DNA of 64,000 nt from Myxococcota bacterium (lineage in GTDB: Bacteria > Myxococcota_A > Polyangia > Nannocystales > Nannocystaceae): the NCBI GenBank assembly GCA_039194325.1, contig JBCCWC010000002.1, forward strand, positions 32,001 through 96,000, read 5' to 3'. The notes below the pieces were generated by a model that saw only the letters and a list, made by a program, of their open reading frames with translations, was not told the DNA's origin and searched no databases. The translations under genes were made by a program, and so were the position numbers. Each line of letters opens with the position of its first letter. Positions within the stretch are counted from its first letter, which is position 1. Positions 37,667 to 47,221 of the stretch are shown in pieces.

Positions 37667-39316
37667 TCAATCGGAGGGATCAAGCGCTCCACGCAAGCTC
37701 GACTCGGCATGATCGATCCGGTCCCGATACTCCCGATACCCTTCCATCAGCGCCAGGTACACCATCTGTCCCAAGACTTTTTGTCCGGCCATGGTCAGGT
37801 GGGCCAGATCCCCGCTGAGCAGCGGTGGGGTCGATCGTCGCCAGCGTCCCGCCGATCCGTCGCCCCCCATGGCGGCGACCGTGTCGAAGAACGCGCAACC
37901 TTCGGCCCGGGCCACCCGGCGCTGGATCTCCACGATCCGGGACACCATGGGTCGGCTGACGATCCGGGGACCTTCGCGCTGCCCGTGGTCCACGGGGGCC
38001 ATCACCAGGCAGGCGACCGGCTCGTTGGTCCCGCGGAAGCGTCGAAGCACCTCGCCAAAATCTCGTTCGTATCGGTCGAGCTTGCCCTCGGCGAGGGTCA
38101 GATCGTTGCCTCCGAAGCTGAATACCAACAGCCCCGGGTCGCGGTGGTCGATCTGCCGCCGCAGGTGCTCGGGATCGAAGTTGAGCATGCGATCGGCAAA
38201 CGCCCCGAGCTGCTCCATGCCGTCCCACACCACCCCGGGCACGTCGCGCTCCAGCACCACCCCGTAGATCCGCACGGGTCCGCCGGAGCCCACGCGTAGC
38301 TTGATGTCGTGGGGGCCGTCGCTTCCGAGCTCGAGGGTGTGCCAGGTATCGATGGCCTCCCGCTCGGCGGTCTTGATGATGACGGGCGGCTGCTTGTCTA
38401 CCTTCACCCGGAGCCGGCCGGTCTTGGGTGTGCCACGAACCCACAGCTCCAGTCGCGAGGCTTTGCGTCCAAAGGGAAGCTTGTCCTCGGTGCGGAAGCG
38501 GAGCTCGGCGCCGCCGTAGGCGGACGCGATCGTGCCTCCGAGTCCGTAGCGGCCGTCGCCGCGGCAGCGATTGATGATGTAGCAGATGTCCCAGCCCTCC
38601 CCGCCGGCAAAGCGCACCCCCCGGTGGCGGTAGCTGGCGTTGGGTTTGGCCGCCAAGTGGAAGCCGTGGCCGGCATCGCCGAAGCGGCGTTGCATGGCAA
38701 AGCGCAGAGCGGAGCTGATGTTGTCGTTGGCGACCACCGAGTCTCCCCAGTGGGCGACCCGGGTGATCGCACCGGCATAGCGGGCGTCGGTGCGGGCAAG
38801 CCGGGCGTAGAACGAGTCCAGAGTGGTGGGCGAGGGCAGCTCGAGCGAGCGCGGTACCTCTTGCTCGTCGTCGGGGTGGGGCTCGTAGGGCGGTAGCCCG
38901 TCGCCGGTTGTAGGGGGCTCGATCACCGGCGCATCCTCGACGGCCGGCACGTCCTGTGGCTCGTTTTGCTTGACGACCGCGGCCGCGAGGCGCTCCACCT
39001 CGTCGTGTTGCTCGGCCACTTGCTCGAGTAGCTCGCCCTCGCCCAACAACTCGCGGCCCACGAGGTTCCAAAAGAGCACGGGATCCTTGCCCCGCACCCA
39101 GGGGCGGGCAAAGTCCAGCGCGGGCACCAGGTAGCTCGCCATGACGAGCAGCCCCAGGGTGATCATGCCAGAGACGATCTTGCGAAAGGTGCCGGCCGCG
39201 TAGGCCCCGGGATCGTCGCCGTCGCCTTGGTCGAGCACGACCTCGTCCACCCGCTCGTCCACGTCGAGCAGACCGACGTCGTCGTCGTCGGAGGTGTCGT
39301 CGTCGGGGTTGGCCAT
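37667..39316 (-). CDS. SGNH/GDSL-family O-acetyltransferase/esterase (PatB/AlgX-like), membrane anchored
   Basis: WGDS block I, FGGND block III, C-terminal DLAH (DxxH); directly downstream of the MBOAT gene. Confidence 0.85.
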   Translation of the reverse strand: MANPDDDTSDDDDVGLLDVDERVDEVVLDQGDGDDPGAYAAGTFRKIVSGMITLGLLVMASYLVPALDFARPWVRGKDPVLFWNLVGRELLGEGELLEQVAEQHDEVERLAAAVVKQNEPQDVPAVEDAPVIEPPTTGDGLPPYEPHPDDEQEVPRSLELPSPTTLDSFYARLARTDARYAGAITRVAHWGDSVVANDNISSALRFAMQRRFGDAGHGFHLAAKPNASYRHRGVRFAGGEGWDICYIINRCRGDGRYGLGGTIASAYGGAELRFRTEDKLPFGRKASRLELWVRGTPKTGRLRVKVDKQPPVIIKTAEREAIDTWHTLELGSDGPHDIKLRVGSGGPVRIYGVVLERDVPGVVWDGMEQLGAFADRMLNFDPEHLRRQIDHRDPGLLVFSFGGNDLTLAEGKLDRYERDFGEVLRRFRGTNEPVACLVMAPVDHGQREGPRIVSRPMVSRIVEIQRRVARAEGCAFFDTVAAMGGDGSAGRWRRSTPPLLSGDLAHLTMAGQKVLGQMVYLALMEGYREYRDRIDHAESSLRGALDPSD

Positions 39317-39367
39317 GGCGCACGCGGTGAGTTGAACGCTTGGAGTCGAACGCTTGGACGGCCAGCG

Positions 39368-41026
39368 CTAGAAGTTGAAGTAGATGAACGCTCGCGGCGC
39401 GCCGTCCATCAGCTTCATCAGGCCCAGGCCCAATAGGCCCAACAAAAGGCCCAGCACCGGTCCGGGTAGTCGTCGAAACACCCCGTAAGCGTACTCGTCG
39501 ACCCAGCGCTTGGGCGTAAAGTGGTAGAGCGTGCCGAAGACCAGGGCCAGCCATAGCCACCCGGTGAGCAGGCCGGGGCGGACCAGCGCGGTGTCGAAGC
39601 GCAAGAGGCCCGCCACCATCGCCTTGGCGGTCTCGAAGTCGGGGGCGCGAAAGAACACCCGCGACAGCACGGTAAAGTGATACGTGATGACGATGTGGGC
39701 GAAGGTGACCAGCGGGCCACCCTGCAGCGGCAGCCACGTCACCAGCAAGAACATCGCCACGGCCGAGCCCCCGCATAGCAGGGCGCCGTCCCGGGGCAGG
39801 TCGAGGACCAGCTCGGCCGCTGCGCTACAGGCCACCCCCACCGCGAGCGCCGCGATGGCGGCCTGGAGCCCCCGTCGCCCGCGTGGCCCGTCGCGCCGCC
39901 GGGTGCGGTTCCAGCGGTTGAAGAGCATCGCGAGCCCGTGGATGTTGCTATAGATTACGAAGTTCCAGCTGGTGCCTGGCGAGTAGTGCCACATGCCCAC
40001 CAGGAACATGGTCAGCCACAGGTTGAAGTAGGTGCGGGCGGGGGAGCCCCGGCTGCCGCCGAGGGGAAAGAACAGATAGTCGCGCAGCCAGGTCGACAGG
40101 GTCATGTGCCAGCGCCGCCAGAACTCGCCTACGTTCTTGCCCTGATAGGGGCGATCGAAGTTCTCGGGGATCGTAAAGCCCAACAGGCGCGCGGTGCCGA
40201 TCGCGATGTCGGAATAGCCCGAGAAGTCGGCATAGAGCTGCACGGTGAATGCATAGAGCGCCAGCAAGATCTCGGTTGAGGTGTAGGCCTCGGGGCTGGC
40301 GAAGATCGCGTCGGTGAACTGGGCCGCTACCCAGTCGCCGAGCACCACCTTCTTGGCCAGGCCCTTGAAGATCCGGAACAGGCCCTCCTCCATCATCCGT
40401 GCCGACAGCCGGGGGCGCCGGTGTAGCTGGGGCAGCAGCTCGCTGGCTCGGACGATCGGCCCCGCCACCAGCTGGGGAAAGAAGGTGACGAATAGGGCGA
40501 ACTTGCGAAACGAAGGCTCGGGGGTCAGCCGCTGTCGCCAGATGTCGATGGTGTAGCTGAGGCTCTGGAAGGTGTAGAACGAGATCCCGACGGGCAGGAT
40601 CGTCTCGAGGTGAGGCGCCACGAAGGGGATGCCCGCGGCGTGGCACAGATCGGCAAAGACGCCGACGAAGAAGTCGGTGTACTTGAAATAGCCCAGCAGG
40701 CCGAGGTTGCCGACCAGGCTGGCGAGCAGCAGCGCGTTGCGGCCCCGTCGGGCGCGGGCGGCCACGGCCGGGTCCTCATCGTCGAGCGCCGGGGTCCGAC
40801 GGTGGATCTGGTGCCCGCACACGAAGTCGAGCACGGTCGAGAACACCAGCAGCCCCGCGAAGTACCAGGGCGTGGGCGGCGGGTCGGTCTTGGGACCCGC
40901 CATGTAGAAGAAGTAGCTCGCGACCAACAGCAGCAGTACCCGCGCGATCGGGCGGTGTCCCAGCGCCCAAAAGGCGACCAAGACCGGCACCAGGAACACC
41001 AGGTAGTCGAAGGTCGGAAAGAGCAT
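39368..41026 (-). CDS. MBOAT family O-acyltransferase (AlgI/PatA/DltB-like)
   Basis: LPVGISFYTFQSLSY, FFPQLVAGPI, DFSGYSDIAIG, FWRRWHMTLS.WLRDY, GMWH. Confidence 0.95.
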   Translation of the reverse strand: MLFPTFDYLVFLVPVLVAFWALGHRPIARVLLLLVASYFFYMAGPKTDPPPTPWYFAGLLVFSTVLDFVCGHQIHRRTPALDDEDPAVAARARRGRNALLLASLVGNLGLLGYFKYTDFFVGVFADLCHAAGIPFVAPHLETILPVGISFYTFQSLSYTIDIWRQRLTPEPSFRKFALFVTFFPQLVAGPIVRASELLPQLHRRPRLSARMMEEGLFRIFKGLAKKVVLGDWVAAQFTDAIFASPEAYTSTEILLALYAFTVQLYADFSGYSDIAIGTARLLGFTIPENFDRPYQGKNVGEFWRRWHMTLSTWLRDYLFFPLGGSRGSPARTYFNLWLTMFLVGMWHYSPGTSWNFVIYSNIHGLAMLFNRWNRTRRRDGPRGRRGLQAAIAALAVGVACSAAAELVLDLPRDGALLCGGSAVAMFLLVTWLPLQGGPLVTFAHIVITYHFTVLSRVFFRAPDFETAKAMVAGLLRFDTALVRPGLLTGWLWLALVFGTLYHFTPKRWVDEYAYGVFRRLPGPVLGLLLGLLGLGLMKLMDGAPRAFIYFNF

Positions 41027-41157
41027 GGGCGCGACGGCGCGACTTTCGTCAAAGCTACCCCCGGGTCGGGATCGGCGCGAGTTCCTTACGCACGAAGGAA
41101 ATGCGCTGTTCCCGCTGGTGCTTGCGCAGTTCGCTGGCGTTGCGGGACGATGCGGGC

Positions 41158-41484
41158 ATGAGCACTCAGGGTTCGGGTCGCAAGGTCCTCCACTTCGCCG
41201 TCACGGGCGCACTGCTGGGGGGTGGCGCGGCGACCGGCTGCGCGTCCAAGACCGCAGCGCCGGTCGAAGAGCCCGGGCCGTCGGCCAACCCTGGCCCCGT
41301 CGACGAGGCGGAGGCCCACGCCGAGCCCGCGGACGAAGATGAGCCTCACACCAATCCCGGGCCCGCCGGCGAGGAGCGTCCCAACACGCCCACTCACGTC
41401 AACACCGCCCCGGTCGATGCGCCGTCCGAAGAGCCCCCGTCGGTCGCCGTCAACCCGGCACCGCAGCCCGAGCCCAGCAAGTAG
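41158..41484 (+). CDS. Small disordered lipoprotein with four N-[PT]-[GA]-P repeats
   Basis: MSTQGSGRKVLHFAVTGALLGGGAATGC signal and lipobox; SANPGP, HTNPGP, HVNTAP, AVNPAP. Confidence 0.8.
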   Translation: MSTQGSGRKVLHFAVTGALLGGGAATGCASKTAAPVEEPGPSANPGPVDEAEAHAEPADEDEPHTNPGPAGEERPNTPTHVNTAPVDAPSEEPPSVAVNPAPQPEPSK

Positions 41485-41487
41485 CGC

Positions 41488-42396
41488 GTGGCCGAGCCCA
41501 CCGGTGCCGAGCGCATGCTGGCCCCCGCCACCGAGCGGCTGGGGCGGATGCATCGTGCTCAGGTCCATCGCGATCCCTGGCCGGATTTCTCCGCCTTCGA
41601 TCCGGCACGCTACGAGCCCACCTTGCGTCGGGCCGCGGCCGTGCAATGGGCGGGTCGAGCCCGGGCCGAGCACGGGTCGGTCCACCAGTTTACGATCGTG
41701 GCCCACACGCTGTGCAACGCTCGCGTGCCGCTTCACGTGCTCGGGGCGCTGGCTCGGCTTTGCACCGACGAGGTTCGCCATGCCGAGCTGTGCGCCGAGA
41801 TGGCGCTGGCGTGCTGGCCCGAGGGGACGACTCAGGAGCCCGCCGTGTTCCGCTGGGAGGCCCCCCGCGCCCCGTGGGCCATGCCTCCCACGGGCACGGG
41901 TGATCTGCAGCCGCTGCTGGCGTGGGCGGCGGAGGCGATCCTCGTGTCGTGTTGCATTGGCGAAACACTCTCGCGACCCATGCTGGAGGCCATCGCGGTG
42001 GTCGCCACCGAGCCGCTGGCCGACGCGGTGGCGCGGCAGATCCTCCGTGACGAGCACCTGCATGCGACCTTTGGCTGGGAGACGCTGGGTCTGCTGCTGT
42101 CTCGCCTAGAGCCGGCGGCTCGGGCGAAGTTGGAGCAACGCATGGTGCGGGCTTTTGGAGGGGTCGAGGCAACCACGGCTTGTGGGATTAGGGTCGAGCA
42201 GGTCGCGGGGCAGGCCATCGAGATCCGTCGGGGCGATGCGCCCAACCTGGGCACGTTGAGCGACGAGCAGTACGCGATGATCTTTTTCGCGACCATGGAG
42301 GCCGAGGTCTTGCCCCAGCTCGAGGCGCTGGGTCTCGATGCCTGGGCGGCCTGGAGACAGCGACGGGTCGGTTCGCAGGGTCGAGTTCGAGCCTAG
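41488..42396 (+). CDS. Ferritin-like di-iron protein
   Basis: Ligand pattern E(HGS)...DEVRH...E(TLS)...DEHLH. Confidence 0.85.
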   Translation: MAEPTGAERMLAPATERLGRMHRAQVHRDPWPDFSAFDPARYEPTLRRAAAVQWAGRARAEHGSVHQFTIVAHTLCNARVPLHVLGALARLCTDEVRHAELCAEMALACWPEGTTQEPAVFRWEAPRAPWAMPPTGTGDLQPLLAWAAEAILVSCCIGETLSRPMLEAIAVVATEPLADAVARQILRDEHLHATFGWETLGLLLSRLEPAARAKLEQRMVRAFGGVEATTACGIRVEQVAGQAIEIRRGDAPNLGTLSDEQYAMIFFATMEAEVLPQLEALGLDAWAAWRQRRVGSQGRVRA

Positions 42397-42649
42397 CTGC
42401 AAGGTCGCCCGTATCGAGCGGATCAAGGTCTTCCGGTCGTAGGGTCCATCCGGACAGTCCGACCGCTAGGCCACAGTCATTGGGGGATCGAGACATCGAA
42501 TTGTCGGTGAAACTCGTGGAGTGATTTCTCTATGACTGCCAGACGGAGGGCTTGCCCTTCGACGATCGGGCGGAGATGATCCATTGTGTGGATGGAAAGA
42601 CGCTCCGGGTCGAGGTAGATCCGCGCGTTGGGTGCAAGACGATCCAATT

Positions 42650-43588
42650 ATGAGCATTCCGAACGCGATGGGTCGCGGAGGTCGAGTCCAGGACGCAGAG
42701 GCAGGCAATTGGGTCGATCGTCGCGCCCCACCCGTGGCTCGGCCCTACCTCCGCTTGATGCGGGCGGATCGGCCCATCGGTGTATGGCTGCTGTTTTGCC
42801 CCTACGCTTGGGCCCTGGCCCTGGCCGCGGAGCCAGCGGCGCTGCCCGATCTGCGGCTGCTCTCGATCTTTGCCCTCACCGCCGCCCTGCTGCGAGGGGC
42901 GGGCTGCACCATCAACGACATCGTCGATCGCAAGCTCGACGCTCGGGTCGAGCGTACGCGAGCGCGGCCGCTACCCAGCGGGCAGGTCAGCGTCGCGCAG
43001 GCCGCTGGCTTTGCGATGGTCTTGATGCTCATCGGGCTGCTCACCATGCTGGCCACCACTCCCCTGGCGTGGCGGCTGACGGTGGTCTCGCTGGTGCCCA
43101 TCGTGGCCTACCCGTTCATGAAGCGGCTGACTTGGTGGCCGCAGGCGTTCTTGGGCTTCACCTTCAACTGGGGGGCGTTGATGGGCTGGGCTGCGGTCCA
43201 CGGGGAGCTGGATGGGCCGGCGTTCCTGCTGTACCTGGGGGGGGCCTCTTGGACCTTCGGCTACGACACGATCTATGCCCACCAGGACAAGCGAGACGAC
43301 GCGCGCATGGGCGTTCGCTCCAGCGCGCTGGCCCTGGGGTCGCGCACCAAGGCCGTGGTGGGGTGGTCGTATGTCCTGGCGGTGGTGTTCATCGTCGCCG
43401 CCGGGCTCGTGGCGGGCGTCGGGCCGTGGCTGTGGATCGTCATGGTGGTGGCGGGGGTGCAGCTGGCCGCCCAAGTGCTCAGGGTCGACCTCGACGATCC
43501 GATTAGCTGTCTGCGCGCGTTCAAGGCCAACCGGAACATCGGGTGGTGGATCTTCGTGGCGCTGGTCTTCGGTCGAACGCTCGTCTGA
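42650..43588 (+). CDS. ubiA: 4-hydroxybenzoate polyprenyltransferase (UbiA/COQ2-type)
   Basis: RADRPIG, GAGCTINDIVDRKLD, RTRARPLPSG, YPFMKR, YDTIYAHQDKRDD. Confidence 0.92.
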   Translation: MSIPNAMGRGGRVQDAEAGNWVDRRAPPVARPYLRLMRADRPIGVWLLFCPYAWALALAAEPAALPDLRLLSIFALTAALLRGAGCTINDIVDRKLDARVERTRARPLPSGQVSVAQAAGFAMVLMLIGLLTMLATTPLAWRLTVVSLVPIVAYPFMKRLTWWPQAFLGFTFNWGALMGWAAVHGELDGPAFLLYLGGASWTFGYDTIYAHQDKRDDARMGVRSSALALGSRTKAVVGWSYVLAVVFIVAAGLVAGVGPWLWIVMVVAGVQLAAQVLRVDLDDPISCLRAFKANRNIGWWIFVALVFGRTLV

Positions 43589-43792
43589 CGAGCTCCGCCT
43601 CGGCGTCGTGAGGGCCTCCGGGTTCGGGAACGTCGTCATCGTGGGGCCAGCGCGCCGGTGATCCCGGCCATGCGGCTCGAAGAGGGGGCGGATCCTCGAT
43701 GATCGGGCGGTGCTTTTGTCGTGGCACGAGGGCACCTACCATGCGGCCGCCGCGGTCGGCGTCCTGTCGCCGCGGATCCCCAAGGTGAAGTC

Positions 43793-45442
43793 ATGCGAGC
43801 AATACCGAACCGTCATCTTGCCCTCCACACCCTCGTTGCGCTGTGTTGCGTGCTAGCCCCGACGGGTTGCGACAAGGGCGAGTCCTCGGACGAGAAGGGC
43901 AAGGCCTCCACGCCCAGCGCCGAGGGTGATACCAAGGATGCCGAGCCGAGCGAGGACGCCAAGGGCGCTGGCGCTGAAGGTGGTGAGGCGAAGCTGAGCG
44001 ACAAGGACGCCGAGATCGCGGCGCTCAAGGCGGAGCTCGCCGCGGCTCAGGAGCAGCTAGAGGCGGCCAAGGAGATCGATCCTGAGGCGGCCAAGCAGCT
44101 CGACGAAGCGGTGACCCTCGAGGACGACGTCGCGCACGAAAAGAAGCTCGAGGCCGGGCAAGAGGGCCCGGTCAGCGTGGCCAACGTGTCGTTCGACGAG
44201 AAGAAACCATTGTTCGGCGACGGCGGCCTCCGGTTCGAGCTGGCGGCCGACGTGACCGTCAACGAGAAGAAGGAAGGCGGCGTCTACGCCAAAGCCTCGT
44301 GCCTCGTCGGCGAGGAGGTCTTCGTCAACGTGGGGACGATCAGCAACAACTATGGCGACCTGGGCAAGATGAAAGAGGGGGAGACGCGGCGGCTCCAGAC
44401 CCATCTGTTCAGCAGTGGCCTGCCCGGCAAGCCCACGCGCTGTCAGCTGGCCTTCGACTACGGGGCGCCCGTGTTCTCCACGCGGGTGAGTGATGTCTGC
44501 TGGGACGGCAAGGCGATCGTCGATGGAGCATGCAAGGAGCCGGTCCTGGCGCAGCCGAAGGGGGCGGGCAAGATCGTGCCCTTTACGTTCGCGGTCGCGC
44601 CTCACAAGTCGATCTTCAACGCCAAGCCCGACGACGTGGCGCTCAACGTGAGCTACGGGGCTCGCTTCAATGCGCACATCGAGAAGGCGCCTCACCTGCA
44701 CACCAAGACCGCATGCAAGGTCGGGGATCAGATCTGGGTGGAAGTCTCGCCAGATTTCCCCCATGTCAAGCCCTTCTCCCTGGAGAATGGTGAGGCGGTG
44801 ATGGTGCACCACAACCAGTTCTTCACCAATGCGCTGCCTGGTAATCCCGAGGCGTGCAACATCGAGGTGCTGCTCGACGGCGGCTTGGGTAAGTCCGGCG
44901 AGAAGCTCGCCGAAGTCTGCGCCAAGGCCGGCACGGTCGCGCCCAGCAAGTGCGAGTTTCGCACCGAGCCCCAGGGCTCCCCGGGCCCCGTGGAGTCGGG
45001 GTCGATCTCGATCGATCGGATCGCATTCGAGTGGGGCAACGACTGGAGCGACAAGAGCAAGGTCGTGCTTCGCGTACAGCTGGCGGCGACCGTCCACAAG
45101 GGCATTGCCGAGCGCGTGCAGCTGACGGCCATGGCCAATTGCGACGGCAAGGATGACGAGGAGCACCACATTGGTCCGGATCTCGAGTACATCGGCCCCG
45201 GGGAGACGGTCGGGGTCAATTTCGCGGCCTTCCGCAGTACGCCGCTCGACGCCCCCTCGGGTCGCTGCGAGGTGATCTTTGGTGCCAAGCCGTTCATGGC
45301 GCGCGGTGAAGGGGTCGAGCTCGCCAAGTTCTGCCTCAAGGGCGACAAGGTCACCGCCGGCAAGTGCAAAGGCAAGAAGGGCAAGGCCATCGGCGTGGGC
45401 CAGGAGGTCGTGTTCGCCGGCGGCAAGGCCAACAAGAAGTAG
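43793..45442 (+). CDS. Lipoprotein with three tandem Cys-containing beta domains
   Basis: Lipobox PTGC, acidic coiled-coil linker, three repeats of about 140 aa each with four Cys. Confidence 0.8.
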   Translation: MRAIPNRHLALHTLVALCCVLAPTGCDKGESSDEKGKASTPSAEGDTKDAEPSEDAKGAGAEGGEAKLSDKDAEIAALKAELAAAQEQLEAAKEIDPEAAKQLDEAVTLEDDVAHEKKLEAGQEGPVSVANVSFDEKKPLFGDGGLRFELAADVTVNEKKEGGVYAKASCLVGEEVFVNVGTISNNYGDLGKMKEGETRRLQTHLFSSGLPGKPTRCQLAFDYGAPVFSTRVSDVCWDGKAIVDGACKEPVLAQPKGAGKIVPFTFAVAPHKSIFNAKPDDVALNVSYGARFNAHIEKAPHLHTKTACKVGDQIWVEVSPDFPHVKPFSLENGEAVMVHHNQFFTNALPGNPEACNIEVLLDGGLGKSGEKLAEVCAKAGTVAPSKCEFRTEPQGSPGPVESGSISIDRIAFEWGNDWSDKSKVVLRVQLAATVHKGIAERVQLTAMANCDGKDDEEHHIGPDLEYIGPGETVGVNFAAFRSTPLDAPSGRCEVIFGAKPFMARGEGVELAKFCLKGDKVTAGKCKGKKGKAIGVGQEVVFAGGKANKK

Positions 45443-45806
45443 CCCTGACCGCCCGGGTGGCCCTGGGTGAATGCGACGTGGTGGCGCCTCACCCGGGTCT
45501 GGTCCGGGTATCCGTGCGTACTCGAGCCATGGATCGAACGGGTCGGATCGGTCTCGGGCACGAGATCAGAGGTTTGGTCACCGTACGATATGCGCAGTGT
45601 GCTCGTAATCGAACGGTTTCGCGCCTCGGACGATCGGTGCATTGTTGGTGATGCTCTGGGCCGCGGTCGACGTCGACGTCGAGACATGGACTCGCTCTTG
45701 GGGGCCCGGGGGTCGCGAATTCCCGACTTTTCCCGAGCGGGGTCCCCTTTTTCCCCGTTCGACGCGTATCCTATGTACGAACCTGAGCGAGCGTCGTCTG
45801 GTGTCC

Positions 45807-46211
45807 ATGTCTTACAGCTACGTGTGTGAGCGACCGTCCCGACGCCGGGTGAATGTACGGATCAGCGGGTTGTTCACCGAAGAGAACATGCCCTCATTGC
45901 GTGAGGAGCTCGAGGCGATCGGACGCGAAGAAGAAGGGAAACCCTTCGATGTGCTGTTCGATTTCACCACCGCCGAGCAGTGCGAGGTGCGAACGAGGCA
46001 CGCGCTGCTCGAGCTTCAGCGGATGCTCAAGCACTTCCCGGGTCGTACCGCCTACGTGGCCGATCGTCCCCAGGTCTGGGGCATTGCGCTGTGGGTGATC
46101 CATCAGGCCGACGACGGTCGAGCTCGAGCGATGGTGCGGGTGGCCCATGCCGAGCGCTGGTTTGCCCAGGACGACGATCAGATCACGACTTGCCCAGGGC
46201 CAGCGCGATGA
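45807..46211 (+). CDS. Small STAS/SEC14-like protein
   Basis: VRISGLF...PFDVLFDFT...RTAYVA...AERW pattern. Confidence 0.55.
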   Translation: MSYSYVCERPSRRRVNVRISGLFTEENMPSLREELEAIGREEEGKPFDVLFDFTTAEQCEVRTRHALLELQRMLKHFPGRTAYVADRPQVWGIALWVIHQADDGRARAMVRVAHAERWFAQDDDQITTCPGPAR

Positions 46212-46959
46212 CCAGCACGCTGACCACCAGCAGCAGCACGCCGAAGTAGCGCTTGAGTGTGGCCAGCCGGAGTCGCTGGGCGATCCGTGGCCCGAGCTGG
46301 CCGCCGACGATCACACCCGGGACGGCGAAGGGCAGCACCTGCAGCATCTGCTGGCGGTGGGTCTCGATTGCCGCCAGCATCTGGGCGTCGAGCCGGGATA
46401 GCGAGGCCGTCAAGGCGCAGGCGAAGACCACGAGTACCGAGGTTCCTACCAGGACGTCGGGTGGTGCGGGGTGGCGGCGCATCATGGTGGGCACGAGCAC
46501 GGCACCACAGCCAGTGATCACCAAGCCCTCGAGCAGGCCGCCCGCGGCCGCTGCGAGGCGGATTCGCCCGAGGTCGGTCGTCTCGCAGGTTGGGGGGTCG
46601 TCCGAGGACCGAAGCACGCGGATCCCTCCCGCCCCGGCGATGGCGGCGAAGCCCAGCAGCAGCGGTCGGTCGTTGACGAAGGATGCGGTCACCGAGCCTA
46701 CCAGGGCGGCTGGGACCGCGACTATCAGCAGGCGCCAGGCAAGGTGGCCGTCGATGGTGCCGGCTCGTAGGTTACGGATCACGCCCGAGCTGCTGCCGAA
46801 TACCATGGTGGTCAAGGCCAGCCAGAAGGCCAGTCGGGGGGGCAGCGCGAGCAGCAGCAAGAACAGCGGGAGCCAGAAGTTCGAGCCCGAGATCCCGGCC
46901 GACACGGCAACGGTGGCGATGGCCAGGCCCAGGGGTAGCAGGTACCAAAACTCGAACAT
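46183..46959 (-). CDS. TauE/SafE family sulfite exporter
   Basis: AGISG..FW.P, VGTS, GVIVGGQLGP; multiple TM segments. Confidence 0.88.
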   Translation of the reverse strand: MFEFWYLLPLGLAIATVAVSAGISGSNFWLPLFLLLLALPPRLAFWLALTTMVFGSSSGVIRNLRAGTIDGHLAWRLLIVAVPAALVGSVTASFVNDRPLLLGFAAIAGAGGIRVLRSSDDPPTCETTDLGRIRLAAAAGGLLEGLVITGCGAVLVPTMMRRHPAPPDVLVGTSVLVVFACALTASLSRLDAQMLAAIETHRQQMLQVLPFAVPGVIVGGQLGPRIAQRLRLATLKRYFGVLLLVVSVLVIALALGKS

Positions 46960-47221
46960 GCGTCGAATGGCCGGCACGTCGAGTCGCCGGGGGACTCATC
47001 ATGTCGAGGGACGGAGGTCCGCGTCTACCATTGTGCGCCGATGTTCATGGTGGTGGTTGGCGTTGGTGGTTGGCGTCGTTCAGCTTGGCGCGATACCGCG
47101 CGCGCGCGGGTTCATGGGGCTTGGTCTCGGTCAACGGAACACGGACTCGTCACGACGCATTCATTTCGTCCCGGCCTGGTCTTGTGTGCGCATCGGTCTT
47201 CGCATGCTTGGGCGGCACCAC

